Shown here: positions 18,863-28,837 of the stretch, in pieces
How positions within the stretch are numbered: the stretch's first letter is position 1
Layout: each line of letters starts with the position of its first letter
Assembly (NCBI GenBank): GCA_040830765.1
Contig: JBFOMH010000018.1
Coordinates: 59,418-123,417 of the forward strand
Origin: Puniceicoccaceae bacterium
GTDB lineage: Bacteria > Verrucomicrobiota > Verrucomicrobiia > Opitutales > Oceanipulchritudinaceae
Reading direction: 5' to 3'
Length of the DNA stretch: 64,000 nucleotides
The notes under the pieces: generated by a model
The model's input: only the letters and a program-made list of their open reading frames with translations
Databases searched by the model: none
What the model was told of the DNA's origin: nothing
Made by a program: the position numbers and the translations under genes

Positions 18863-20577
18863 TTTTCCTGATTGATGGATAGTTTAAGAAATGCGCGGTG
18901 CAGGTCACGGCTGACCTTGCGCTCGACGGGAACCTCCAGCACGCGGAGTCCCTTCCCGTTCCAGCCCCTGATCGCCGAATCCAATTCATTGATGTCACGG
19001 CAGATCGAATGCTGTCCTCCATAGGCCGCGATTAACTGCCCGAAGTCGACTGACTGCGGCGTGGCAAAATAGGACTCGAAGACCGCCTCTTCTTTGGCGA
19101 TGGGCAAAAACTCGAAAATGCCCCCACCCCCGTTGTTGATCAGGATGACAAAGAGTCCGGGGTCGTCTTTCCCGGATTCCAGCAACCCATTGGTATCATG
19201 AAGGAAGGCCAGATCACCCGTGACCAGCCAGGTCGGCTGCCCCATGCCGGCGGCAATGCCCCGCGAGAGTGAAAGCATGCCGTCGATCCCATTGGCACCC
19301 CGTTGGCTAAACGGATGCAGGGCGGCCCTGCGTCGGGGCATGAACCACTCCGCATCCCGTACCGCCAGGCTGCTGGAGTAGATTATCGGCGCTGCCTCCG
19401 GCAGGATTTCGCCCAGCTTGCGGTGAATATCCCCTTCGAAAAGGTCGTGCGGAGCCGCCATCACTTGAAGGAGATGTTCCTCCATTTCCCGATCCCGGGT
19501 CGCCCATGGCTCGCCATAATGTCCCTTGTCACCACGGGTCCGCTCGACAAAGGCGGCGACGTTTTTCCCGGCCCACTCAATCTTGCCATGCAGCGGGTTG
19601 ATACCGCGCTTGCCCTCACCAACGATGTAACCCCGGATATCCATGTCCCGGAGTCGCTGCCGGAGGACCTTGCTGGTCGGTGGTTCTCCCCAAAGGATAA
19701 CCGCCTCCGGCTTCAGTTCTTCCCAGACCGTATCATCCCGGACAATCCGGTCATAATGAATTATCAGATGAGGACACTCCCCGGAATGATAGCGAAGGGG
19801 ATTGGCGGCATCGACCAGGATGGGAAAGCCACGGCTCCAGCTCAAGTCGAGAAGCGATTCCCATTCCGATGCCTCGTCCAGCCAGGGACGCGGACCAGCA
19901 AGAATCAGCGTCCGTTCAGGTAATTCAGGCCGCTGTCCGGGACTGGCGTGAGTTCGCCGGACGGGACTCAAGTCGCTCAGAAGGCCTGGGTCCAATTCAA
20001 AGGGCTCCTCCTCCGGTGAAGGCTGAAATGGTTCCCGGAAGGGACAATTCAGATGCACGGGCCCTCTCGGGGCACCGACTGCTGACTCCATGGCACGGCG
20101 GCACAGTTCACGCACTTGGCGAAACAGCAAGGGATCGGCCTCCGGCAAGGGAAGCTCCGCCTGGAAGACGGGATAATTCCCGAAGAGCTTCAATTGGTCG
20201 ATCGTCTGCCCGGCATGGCAATGCCTCAGCTCAGGGGGACGATCGGCTGTCAGGACAACCAGTGGCATGCCGGATTCCCGGGCTTCGATGAGGGCGGGAT
20301 AGTAATGGGCCCCGGCCGTCCCTGAAGTGCAGATCAGGACAGCCGGTTCGCGGGTTGCCTTGATGCGCCCGAGTGCATAAAAGGCGGCGGATCGCTCATC
20401 AATGCAGACAGTGACGGACTCCGCCGGCAATTTGGCCAGGGCCAGCGCCAGAGGCGTCGAACGGGATCCAGGCGAGAGGACAAAGTGCCCCGCTCCCAGC
20501 GCACGGAGAGCGCCAATGACCAGTTCCCCGTAGGACCGGTTGGCGCGACCTGCTGTGGATTCCGTCTCAGATGGCAT
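18859..20577 (-). CDS. menD: SEPHCHC synthase
   Basis: [52 protein letters not shown]. 4-nt overlap with menB. Confidence 0.95.
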   Translation of the reverse strand: MPSETESTAGRANRSYGELVIGALRALGAGHFVLSPGSRSTPLALALAKLPAESVTVCIDERSAAFYALGRIKATREPAVLICTSGTAGAHYYPALIEARESGMPLVVLTADRPPELRHCHAGQTIDQLKLFGNYPVFQAELPLPEADPLLFRQVRELCRRAMESAVGAPRGPVHLNCPFREPFQPSPEEEPFELDPGLLSDLSPVRRTHASPGQRPELPERTLILAGPRPWLDEASEWESLLDLSWSRGFPILVDAANPLRYHSGECPHLIIHYDRIVRDDTVWEELKPEAVILWGEPPTSKVLRQRLRDMDIRGYIVGEGKRGINPLHGKIEWAGKNVAAFVERTRGDKGHYGEPWATRDREMEEHLLQVMAAPHDLFEGDIHRKLGEILPEAAPIIYSSSLAVRDAEWFMPRRRAALHPFSQRGANGIDGMLSLSRGIAAGMGQPTWLVTGDLAFLHDTNGLLESGKDDPGLFVILINNGGGGIFEFLPIAKEEAVFESYFATPQSVDFGQLIAAYGGQHSICRDINELDSAIRGWNGKGLRVLEVPVERKVSRDLHRAFLKLSINQEK

Positions 20578-20766
20578 GATCCGGAAAGATAAAAAGGGAT
20601 TTTAAAATGGCAATCCCCCGCGACAAATCACCCGTGGAGTGGGAATTGGCAGCCATGGCCCATGGCAGTACCCTCTTAATGGTTGCATCAATGGAATTCC
20701 TCCTGCAAGACTTCGCAGGAACATGTGCCCTTTCCAGCCGCAAGGAGCCAGCTACAACAGATTCGC

Positions 20767-21729
20767 ATGAACGACCTGATTGAGAAATGGAACCGCAAGG
20801 ACCTGATCTCCACCGAGAACCTGAGCCGGGAGGAGATTGAGATCATTCACGAACTCGCGGGACGCTTTAAGGAAATTCTCGCAACCCATCCCAGCTCGCT
20901 GCCCTCCCTTCGTGGGAGAAATGTCCTCAATCTCTTCATTGAGCCCAGTACCCGCACCCGGATCGCCTTTGAGATTGCTGCCAAGCGGCTGGGCGCGCAT
21001 GTCACCCTTGTCGAAAAAGCGGCCTCCAGCCTCGTCAAGGGGGAATCCCTTCGGGACACCGCCCAGGTCGTGGAAGCCCTTCAGTCCGATGTCATCATTC
21101 TCCGCCACAGTGCTGCCGGTTCACCGCAATACCTCAGCAAACTGGTCAAGGTACCGGTTATCAATGCCGGCGACGGGGCTCATGAACATCCCACCCAGGC
21201 CCTCCTTGATACCTTCACCATGCGGGAGAAGCTGGGCGGCCCACTTGACGGAAAGAAGGTGACCATCCTTGGCGATATCCTATTCAGCCGTGTCGCCCGC
21301 TCGAATATATTCGCCCTTCAGAAGCTGGGTGCCTCGGTCACGCTTTCCGGCCCGGCAACACTGGTCCCGGATGAGTTTTCCAAGTTGGGTGTCGAGGTGG
21401 ACCTCAATCTCAAGTCGGCCCTCGCCGATGCCGATGTTGTCATGCTCCTCCGGATCCAGCATGAGCGCCAGACCTCAACCCACTTTCCCAGCCTCGGTGA
21501 ATACAAGAGCATGTACGGGCTCAACCAGGAGCGCGGCAAATGGCTCAAGCCGGAAGCCATCATCATGCATCCCGGACCGGTCAACCGGGGAGTGGAACTG
21601 GACTCCAGCCTCGCCGACGATCCCCGCTCGACCATTCTTCAGCAGGTGGCCAATGGAATCTTCACGCGCATGGCTGTCATCTACCTTTGCCTGTCCGCCT
21701 GCGGGCTGAACCGGAATATTTCCCAATGA
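20767..21729 (+). CDS. pyrB: Aspartate carbamoyltransferase catalytic subunit
   Basis: EPSTRTR, KGESL.DT, NAGDG.HEHPTQ, RIQ.ER, HPGPVNRG. Confidence 0.96.
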   Translation: MNDLIEKWNRKDLISTENLSREEIEIIHELAGRFKEILATHPSSLPSLRGRNVLNLFIEPSTRTRIAFEIAAKRLGAHVTLVEKAASSLVKGESLRDTAQVVEALQSDVIILRHSAAGSPQYLSKLVKVPVINAGDGAHEHPTQALLDTFTMREKLGGPLDGKKVTILGDILFSRVARSNIFALQKLGASVTLSGPATLVPDEFSKLGVEVDLNLKSALADADVVMLLRIQHERQTSTHFPSLGEYKSMYGLNQERGKWLKPEAIIMHPGPVNRGVELDSSLADDPRSTILQQVANGIFTRMAVIYLCLSACGLNRNISQ

Positions 21730-23024
21730 GCAAGCTACTCTGGATCAAGAACGGACGGGTCATCGACCCCGCCAACCAGCGGGACGAAACAGCGGATATC
21801 TTTGCCCGCGATGGCCTGCTCGTCGATTCACTCAGTGAAGAGGAAAAGGCAGCTGCAGAAGTCATAGATGCCACCGGACTTGTTGTTTCTCCCGGACTGG
21901 TGGACATTCATGTGCACTTGCGTGAACCCGGCCAGACCCACAAGGAGGACATCGCCAGTGGGACCCGGGCTGCCGCCGCTGGGGGCTTCACGACGATTGT
22001 CTGCATGCCCAACACCAGTCCTCCCGGGGACAATCCGGGGACAATCCGGCGTATCAATGATTCCATTACACGGAATGCGGTCGTCAAGGTCTACCCCACC
22101 GGCTGTCTCACAGTAGACATGAAAGGCGAGCAGCTGGCCCCCATGGGGTCCCTCAAGAACGAGGGTATTGTCGCCGTCACCGATGACGGCCTCTGTGTCC
22201 AGAACAACGAAATCATGCGGCGCGCTGTCGAGTATGCCCGCATGTTTGACCTTCCGGTCATGGACCATTGCCAGGATGCCAGCATGACACAGGGCTCGGT
22301 CATGAACGAGGGATACTGGTCCTTGCGTCTGGGTCTCAAGGGATGGCCCAGCGCTGCCGAGGACATCATCATTGCCCGTAATGTCGTGCTCTCACGGCAA
22401 TTTGACGCTGCCATTCACATGCAGCATGTCAGTTCAGCTTACGGGGTGGACATTATCCGCCGGGCCAAGAAGAGGGGTATCCGGGTGTCTGGTGAAGCCA
22501 CTCCGCACCATCTGTTCTTTACGGACGAGTCCTGCCAGGACTACAACACCCTCTTCAAGATGAATCCGCCCCTGCGCACAGAGGAGGACCGGCAGGCCAT
22601 CATTGAGGGCGTCCTTGATGGCAGCCTGGACATCATTGCCACTGACCATGCCCCGCATACCGAGGACGAAAAGGACTGCGAATTCGACTACGCTCCTTTC
22701 GGCATCATCGGGATGGAGACCGCGCTCGCCGCCTGCCTCGAGGTGCTCGTCCATTCCGGGAAGTGCGACCTTCCTTTCCTGCTCGCCCGCATGACCCACA
22801 AACCCGCGGAAATCCTCAACCTGCCGGCAGGCACCCTTTCCGTTGGCGCCCAGGCTGACGTGACCATCTTTGATCCGGATGAAGAGTGGATGGTCGATCC
22901 CGCCTCTTTCCTCGGGAAGTCCACCAACTGTCCATGGAATGGCAGGAAACTGCGGGGAAAAATCCATCACACCATTGTCAACGGTCGCCCGGTATGGGAC
23001 GGTCGACAAATCCTTGATTCATGA
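21726..23024 (+). CDS. pyrC: Dihydroorotase
   Basis: D.HVHLREPG, CMPNT, EATPHH, KMNPPLR, ATDHAPH. ATGA overlap with pyrB. Confidence 0.95.
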   Translation: MSKLLWIKNGRVIDPANQRDETADIFARDGLLVDSLSEEEKAAAEVIDATGLVVSPGLVDIHVHLREPGQTHKEDIASGTRAAAAGGFTTIVCMPNTSPPGDNPGTIRRINDSITRNAVVKVYPTGCLTVDMKGEQLAPMGSLKNEGIVAVTDDGLCVQNNEIMRRAVEYARMFDLPVMDHCQDASMTQGSVMNEGYWSLRLGLKGWPSAAEDIIIARNVVLSRQFDAAIHMQHVSSAYGVDIIRRAKKRGIRVSGEATPHHLFFTDESCQDYNTLFKMNPPLRTEEDRQAIIEGVLDGSLDIIATDHAPHTEDEKDCEFDYAPFGIIGMETALAACLEVLVHSGKCDLPFLLARMTHKPAEILNLPAGTLSVGAQADVTIFDPDEEWMVDPASFLGKSTNCPWNGRKLRGKIHHTIVNGRPVWDGRQILDS

Positions 23025-23902
23025 CACCGGAGGAACTTGAAGCCTGGTTGTTGAGCCAACCCCTGGTGCTGGGGTACATCCTCTTCCTGTTGGTTGGCAG
23101 CCTGATCTCCTTCATTGTGCTTATCGTCAAAGTGCGCAAGGCAGGAAAGCTGGGCCGTTACCCGGTTTCCAACTGGCCCCTTTCCGGTCATGACTTTGCC
23201 ATCTTCATCATGGCCATCCTGGTCTGGTTTGTCGTCTCGGGATACATGGTCCTCTATGCCCATCAGTGGGTCATGGGGCCGGAAGCGGTCCCGGGAAGCG
23301 GGGTAGCCGTCATTGCCGGGATCCTTTTGCAAGGCGGCATGCTTTACCTCTTCCTCCGTTTCAAGTTTCATCACCGAAACCCCAACGAGGGCCCGATCAG
23401 CTCCCACATCCTTTCCATCCCGCAAAGCCTGGCCCAGGGACTCTTCTACTTCCTCGCCTCCCTTCCGGTCGTCTATGGGGTCAGCATGGCTTGGACCGGT
23501 TTCCTCGAACTGCTCCGCAGCCAGGGCTTCGACATCGAACTGCCGCTGCAGCAGGCGGTCCTGCTTCTCCAGAATACATCCAATCCGGTTGTCTTTGCGG
23601 GCTTCCTGATCCTTGCCGTCATTATTGCCCCGGCTGTTGAAGAGACGGTCTTCCGGGCCGGTGTTTACCGTTTCTTCAAGGGCCGAACATCCATCCCGGT
23701 TTCCCTTCTCATCAGCGGCCTGCTCTTTGGCATTATCCATTGGAACCTGCAGAGCCTTCCCGGACTGGTAGCCGTGGGTGTCTGCCTTGGCTTGGCCTAT
23801 GAACTTTCAGGAAGCCTCCGGGTCTCCATCTTCTTCCATGCCTTTTTCAATCTCAACTCGGTCATTTGGATTTTCCTCATTCCCGACGCGTTGATTGGCT
23901 GA
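23021..23902 (+). CDS. CPBP (CAAX/Abi) family intramembrane glutamic endopeptidase
   Basis: Multiple TM segments; AP.VEE.VFR, FG.IH, H..FN motifs. Confidence 0.85.
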   Translation: MTPEELEAWLLSQPLVLGYILFLLVGSLISFIVLIVKVRKAGKLGRYPVSNWPLSGHDFAIFIMAILVWFVVSGYMVLYAHQWVMGPEAVPGSGVAVIAGILLQGGMLYLFLRFKFHHRNPNEGPISSHILSIPQSLAQGLFYFLASLPVVYGVSMAWTGFLELLRSQGFDIELPLQQAVLLLQNTSNPVVFAGFLILAVIIAPAVEETVFRAGVYRFFKGRTSIPVSLLISGLLFGIIHWNLQSLPGLVAVGVCLGLAYELSGSLRVSIFFHAFFNLNSVIWIFLIPDALIG

Positions 23903-23919
23903 GCGCTGCAACCGCTGTT

Positions 23920-24366
23920 ATGGACATCCTTGATGAGTTGAAGGAGGGCATTGTCACCGCCTCAGCCGAAGAGACCGAGGCCGTGGGCGCCCGATTGGCC
24001 GCCGCCGTGGTGGATAATTCAACCATCGCCCTCTCCGGCGACCTGGGGGCAGGCAAAACCACCCTGGCCAGGGGAATTGCCCGGGGACTGGAAATAACAG
24101 CGGATGTCACCAGTCCGACCTATACCATCTACACCACCTACCAGGGAACCCGGCAATTGGTCCACATGGATGCCTACCGGTTGAGTGATGCCCATGAGCT
24201 CGATAGCCTGACCATCGAGGAATTTCTCAAGCCACCATGGCTGATCGTGGTCGAATGGCCCGAACATGTGCCCGGCTTTTTCGAGGACAAGGATACCCTT
24301 CGGATTAAGATCGAGATCCTGCCTGACCACTCTCACCGGATTCATATTATCGATCAAGAGCCTTAA
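23920..24366 (+). CDS. tsaE: tRNA threonylcarbamoyladenosine biosynthesis ATPase
   Basis: GDLGAGKTT, VTSPTY, HMDAYRL, VEW. Confidence 0.95.
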   Translation: MDILDELKEGIVTASAEETEAVGARLAAAVVDNSTIALSGDLGAGKTTLARGIARGLEITADVTSPTYTIYTTYQGTRQLVHMDAYRLSDAHELDSLTIEEFLKPPWLIVVEWPEHVPGFFEDKDTLRIKIEILPDHSHRIHIIDQEP

Positions 24367-25022
24367 CCACGGACGAGAGGGACAAAGCGCACCGCGTAGA
24401 GATTCTTTCCCTCCAGGGTTCCGTCATCATTTTTCTGATACACCCACAGGTCCTGGCTGTAGGTTCCTACCGGAATGACCAATCGCCCCCCAGCAGCCAG
24501 TTGCTGCCCCAGTTGGGTTGGAACCTCATCCGCAGCCGCCGTCACGATAATGCCGTCAAACGGTGCCTTTTCGGGCCAACCAAGACGCCCGTCACCACAA
24601 CGGAAGTGAATGGCCGGGTAGCCCAATCCGCGCAGCAATTCCTTGGCCGCCATGGCGAGATCGTGGATATACTCGATGGTATAGACCTCAAGCCCCATCT
24701 CAGCGAGTACCGCCGCCTGGTAACCGGATCCGGTCCCTACCTCAAGAACCTTCATGCCTGGTTGCAAGTGCAGCGCCTCGCTCATGGAGGCCACGATGTA
24801 GGGCTGGGAGATGGTCTGCCCCTTCCCGATCGGCAAAGGCCCGTCGGTGTAGGAGAGCTCGTGCATCGAAGCAGGCACAAAGGCATGGCGCGGGACCCGG
24901 GCCATCGCGGCCAGGACATGTTTGTCCCGAATTCCCCTCCGCCGGATCTGGTGCTCGACCATTCTCTGGCGCAGCTCCAGGTCAGTTTCCCCGTTTCCGC
25001 TGGACTGGAAGGGCCACTTCAT
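24363..25022 (-). CDS. pcm: Protein-L-isoaspartate O-methyltransferase
   Basis: VPRHAFVP, GQTISQPYIVA, VLEVGTGSGYQAA, APFDGIIVTAA, VRFVPL. Confidence 0.95.
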   Translation of the reverse strand: MKWPFQSSGNGETDLELRQRMVEHQIRRRGIRDKHVLAAMARVPRHAFVPASMHELSYTDGPLPIGKGQTISQPYIVASMSEALHLQPGMKVLEVGTGSGYQAAVLAEMGLEVYTIEYIHDLAMAAKELLRGLGYPAIHFRCGDGRLGWPEKAPFDGIIVTAAADEVPTQLGQQLAAGGRLVIPVGTYSQDLWVYQKNDDGTLEGKNLYAVRFVPLVRG

Positions 25023-25738
25023 CTCCCGTTACCACGTAGTGGAAACCTGACGACACGCAGCCGAGCCCCGTGGGTCGCTGACCCGGAGTTATGAAAGAGG
25101 ATGCCTCGGTAACGAAAGTCCTCAAAGTCGTGATGGGTATGCCCGAAATGAACATGCCGGACGGGCTTGCCATTGAGCAGGTTTTCATTCTCAAGATAAG
25201 CAAGCAGGCGAGAGGCCAGTATCCGCTTCGGGAACATCCGGAAGGCAACCCACTGGACATGCGACCGGTGCACCGCCTGATGGGCCATCCTCTGCAGGGC
25301 ATGACCGTTTGCCGGGCGTCTCAGCTTGCTGCGGAATCGTCGGATCGCCTCGTTGCTGTTACCGGCATGGATGGCATCCCCGTGGAGAAATATCCGGTCC
25401 TCAACAACACAGGCAAACTCGTGCCAGAACAGATTGGCATGTCGTTCCTCAAGCTCCGTCAATGCCTCCATATACGGAGGAACCGCATCATGATTGCCCA
25501 GGATGACATGAAAGCGGCACTGCGGAAACTCATCCAGAAGGGTCTCGATAAAGTTCTCTGCCGCGGTAACGGACCGGCTGAAGACGCCGTGCTGCGACCA
25601 CTTGAAATCGAAAATGTCCCCATTCAGGACAAAGAGATCGGCCTCTTGTGCCGCCGCCTCGATTTGCCGCAAGTACCGACCCGGGCGTGAGTGGTGACTG
25701 AAGAGGTGCAGATCCGATACGGTTGCCCCTTTTCCCAT
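25019..25738 (-). CDS. Calcineurin-like metallophosphoesterase (LpxH-like)
   Basis: SDLH, GDIFD, GNHD, HGD, GHTH. Confidence 0.8.
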   Translation of the reverse strand: MGKGATVSDLHLFSHHSRPGRYLRQIEAAAQEADLFVLNGDIFDFKWSQHGVFSRSVTAAENFIETLLDEFPQCRFHVILGNHDAVPPYMEALTELEERHANLFWHEFACVVEDRIFLHGDAIHAGNSNEAIRRFRSKLRRPANGHALQRMAHQAVHRSHVQWVAFRMFPKRILASRLLAYLENENLLNGKPVRHVHFGHTHHDFEDFRYRGILFHNSGSATHGARLRVVRFPLRGNGR

Positions 25739-25787
25739 AGTTTAACCCTATGGAACTCTTGACGCGTGAGCAAACGTAAAGCGCAGC

Positions 25788-26240
25788 CTAACCTTGGTAG
25801 GCGTGCTGGAATGCGTGCAGGGCGTCATGCAAGGCCTCAGCATGGGAAACATCCGTCCCCTGTTTGCACTTCATCGCGAGGACCGTAATCTTGTGCGCCA
25901 GGCCGACCAGCTTGGCATAGCCTTCCGGGTCAGACTCCTTCTGGTCCAGCTTGATCCGCTGGGCGAGGAAATAGGCGGACATGACATCCTGGATATTCTG
26001 TGCGTGCGATTCCTTGTTGTTGACCCAGCGGACAAGCTGATGCGGATTGGACCCGACATCCGCGCTCAGTTCGTTAATTTGCTTCATCGCCTTGTGGATG
26101 GTTTCCACATCGGTCATCAGTTCGCCGAAAACAACGTCATCGGCATAGATACCACAGGGAACCTGGCAATGGGCGGAGAGATTGACACTGGCAAAGGCCA
26201 GCCCGGCAAGGATGAGGAGAGAACGTTTCACAGATTTCAT
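25788..26240 (-). CDS. sodN: Nickel superoxide dismutase precursor with signal peptide
   Basis: Ni-hook HCQVPCGIY follows the leader MKSVKRSLLILAGLAFASVNLSA; downstream QLVRW..NKE.HA, YFLAQRIK, KCKQ. Confidence 0.88.
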   Translation of the reverse strand: MKSVKRSLLILAGLAFASVNLSAHCQVPCGIYADDVVFGELMTDVETIHKAMKQINELSADVGSNPHQLVRWVNNKESHAQNIQDVMSAYFLAQRIKLDQKESDPEGYAKLVGLAHKITVLAMKCKQGTDVSHAEALHDALHAFQHAYQG

Positions 26241-26331
26241 AACGGCAACCATAGCCGAAATCCAGACCTTGGCAATGCAGCTCTTCAATTTCGCTTTACC
26301 CGCCGCCATCTCCACAGGAAGGTAGTCGGCA

Positions 26332-28653
26332 ATGCAATGGGATTGGCAGAACCGAAAATTGAGGCTCTCCGTGGGTGAGTTGGCCCGGTTCTCCCTGCAC
26401 GCCCCACCCGAAGAAGGAGCCGGTCGCTGGCGCATGGAATTGGGAAGCCACTGGCACAATGTTCTCCGGCAACGCGCGGAAGCAGAAAGTGAAGGATGGC
26501 AGTTCGAGCAACCGGTTGAGGATGCCATTGTCCAGGGTGGTTGGCAATTCAGCCTCCGCGGCCGAATCGACCAATTGAACCGGGAAGGTCCGGAAATCCT
26601 TGTCAGGGAGATCAAGACCGTCTCCATGAACCTGCCAGCTGATGAAGCGTCCCTTCGCGCTGCTTATCCGCAGTATTTCCACCAGGTGATGCTCTATGCC
26701 TTCCTGCTCGGCAAGCAGGGCGAATTCCCCCAGCCCGAATTGCTCTTTCTGGAAATCCAGACCGGGCTGACACAGATCGTCCGGCTCGCCGATCAGGATT
26801 TGCAGGCACTCCATGCCCATTTGACCGAAGTGGTCGATGAACTGGATGAGCGGCGGGGTCACTTTTCCAAACTGCGGCAGTATGTCGTCCCCAAGCCTTT
26901 CCCCGAATGGCGGCCAGGTCAGCTGGAGGCGAGAAACTCCCTCAAGGAGGCCATCGGACGGGCGCCCATCACGCTCTTCGAGGCCCCGACTGGCTTCGGC
27001 AAAACCGGATTGGTCCTTGAACAAGCCTTGCAGTATCTGGCGTCCGGACAAGTGGAACGAATTCTCCTCTTGACCGGGAAAAATACAGGACACACCCCAC
27101 TGCTGAAACAGTTGGAAGTGTTCCGGAAATCCGGCCATGGCCTGACAATTCATGCCCTTCGCAGCCGGGCGGACCATGCCCTTGAGGAGGAATTCGCCGA
27201 ACCCCTTTCCCTGCATGAAATTGGCGAACGCTGGATAGCCTCCGGCCTTTCCGCGCCTGGCTTGCTGGCCGAGGGCATTCTCGATCTGGAATCTGTTCGG
27301 GATCTGGGCAATCAACATGGCATCCCCCCATGGGCCATTAGCCGGATGCTGTTGCCCTATGCAGATATCTGGATTGCCGACTTCAATTACCTCTTTGATC
27401 CGGCGGTCTGCTCCGTCCTCGAATCCATCCCGACTTTTTCTCCGAAACGGACCCTCCTGTTGGTGGATGAGGCGCACAATCTTCCCGAGCGTGTGGCTGC
27501 CAGCCATTCCCATGTTCTGGATGCCAGCGAGGTGGATTCCCTTCTTTCCGAGATCCAGTTCGCTCGCTTCCCAGGGCCACTGGTCCGCCTGCTCGATCAG
27601 TTGTTGTCGATGCTCAAGAAGCAACCGGCATGCGACTCCCTCGATCCTCCCTTCGAGGCCGATCTTCTGGGACATCTCCGGGACATCAGGGAAGCCCTGG
27701 ATGACAGCAGCTTTGGGGAGGATGAACTCTCCCCGGAAAACCTCGAGTGGCTCTGGCGCTTGTCCTACTTTCTGGCCGATTGGGATCATCCCCACTTGCC
27801 CATGACCACCTACTGTTCTCAAAAGGGCCGTGTCCATTTCGCCTGCACCGACGCCGCCAACCTGATCGCTCCGGTGCTCCATCGCTTCAGTCGCTCCATC
27901 CTGATGTCGGCCACCCTGCAGCCATGGGAAGCCTTTCAGACGGCACTGGGGCTGGGAGAACAAACGACTGTCGAGGGGTGCGCGGTAGTCCAGGGAAACG
28001 CACCCTGGCTGGAGGGATGTTTTGAGGTCATTGTCGATGCCCGGGTCGATACGCGTTATCGGGAACGGGAGAAGCACCTCGACACGACCGCTCGCACAAT
28101 AGGAGAAACGGTACTCGCCGCCAAAGGATGCACGGCTGTCTTCTTCCCCAGTTATCGGTATGCGGAAACGGTCCTGGAGCGTCTACAATTCCATTATCCT
28201 GCTATGCGGGGGGAAATCCAGCCTCGAAACCTTAATCTGGAACAGCAGACAGCGTTTCTCGAGGAGGCCCTTCGTTTTGATGATGTTCTCTTCCTCGTCC
28301 TCGGCAGCCGCTTCAGCGAAGGAATCGATGCCTTGGGTGGCCGGGTCCATCAAGCCATCGTCGTCAGCCCTGCCCTGCCTGAGGTCAACAGCCTTCAGCG
28401 GGCAAGGGAGTCCCGCTTCCACGGTAACTCCGCACAGTCTTTCCGTTCCGTTTATCTCATTCCCGGCCTGCGGAAAATCAGCCAGGCCCTCGGCCGGCTC
28501 GTTCGCACGCCGGATCAGCGCGCCAAGGTCCTCCTGCACGGAAAACGTTTTATGGAACCTGCTTACCAGGACCTTTTGCCAGGCTATCTCCAGCCGATGG
28601 ATTGCCTCGTCACCAATGAGGATTTTGCCAGTAAATGGCTGAAATCAATGTAA
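26332..28653 (+). CDS. DinG/Rad3-family helicase with N-terminal PD-(D/E)XK (RecB/Cas4-like) nuclease domain
   Basis: GRID...EIKT...Q..LY nuclease motifs; WRPGQ, APTGFGKT, NYLFDP, DEAHNL, SATL, FFPSY, SEGID, QALGRLVR helicase motifs. Confidence 0.85.
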   Translation: MQWDWQNRKLRLSVGELARFSLHAPPEEGAGRWRMELGSHWHNVLRQRAEAESEGWQFEQPVEDAIVQGGWQFSLRGRIDQLNREGPEILVREIKTVSMNLPADEASLRAAYPQYFHQVMLYAFLLGKQGEFPQPELLFLEIQTGLTQIVRLADQDLQALHAHLTEVVDELDERRGHFSKLRQYVVPKPFPEWRPGQLEARNSLKEAIGRAPITLFEAPTGFGKTGLVLEQALQYLASGQVERILLLTGKNTGHTPLLKQLEVFRKSGHGLTIHALRSRADHALEEEFAEPLSLHEIGERWIASGLSAPGLLAEGILDLESVRDLGNQHGIPPWAISRMLLPYADIWIADFNYLFDPAVCSVLESIPTFSPKRTLLLVDEAHNLPERVAASHSHVLDASEVDSLLSEIQFARFPGPLVRLLDQLLSMLKKQPACDSLDPPFEADLLGHLRDIREALDDSSFGEDELSPENLEWLWRLSYFLADWDHPHLPMTTYCSQKGRVHFACTDAANLIAPVLHRFSRSILMSATLQPWEAFQTALGLGEQTTVEGCAVVQGNAPWLEGCFEVIVDARVDTRYREREKHLDTTARTIGETVLAAKGCTAVFFPSYRYAETVLERLQFHYPAMRGEIQPRNLNLEQQTAFLEEALRFDDVLFLVLGSRFSEGIDALGGRVHQAIVVSPALPEVNSLQRARESRFHGNSAQSFRSVYLIPGLRKISQALGRLVRTPDQRAKVLLHGKRFMEPAYQDLLPGYLQPMDCLVTNEDFASKWLKSM

Positions 28654-28837
28654 ATATGTTCAAATTGGGAAAATCCTGAACAGGATGGCGTTCGGTGCGT
28701 CAAAATCCCTGAACACCGCTGTCGTTCCAGTTTCCACTGCTTCAATCATCAAAATCAGGTAAACTATCGCACTTCCTGGGATTGGGGATGGATTAATGGA
28801 ATCGCTTGCATTTGAAAGACTTCTCATCTTTATAAGT

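Noticed and set aside
20578..20766. PyrR attenuator or riboswitch upstream of pyrB
   Set aside because: Only short hairpins (TCCTGC/GCAGGA, GCCATGG/CCATGGC); no PyrR-binding loop consensus or U-tract terminator.
26241..26627. Long N-terminal extensions in the ORF track (sodN here; likewise nitroreductase, secA, tgt, pyrC, surE)
   Set aside because: They overlap neighbouring genes or promoters; homology-like sequence and promoter spacing support the downstream starts.
26332..26880. Cas4/CasDinG of a type IV CRISPR system
   Set aside because: No array or other cas genes; the nuclease domain lacks the Cas4 Cys cluster.
26296..28077. 593-aa minus-strand ORF
   Set aside because: Antisense to the DinG-type helicase, whose motifs are clear; translation has no recognisable domain.
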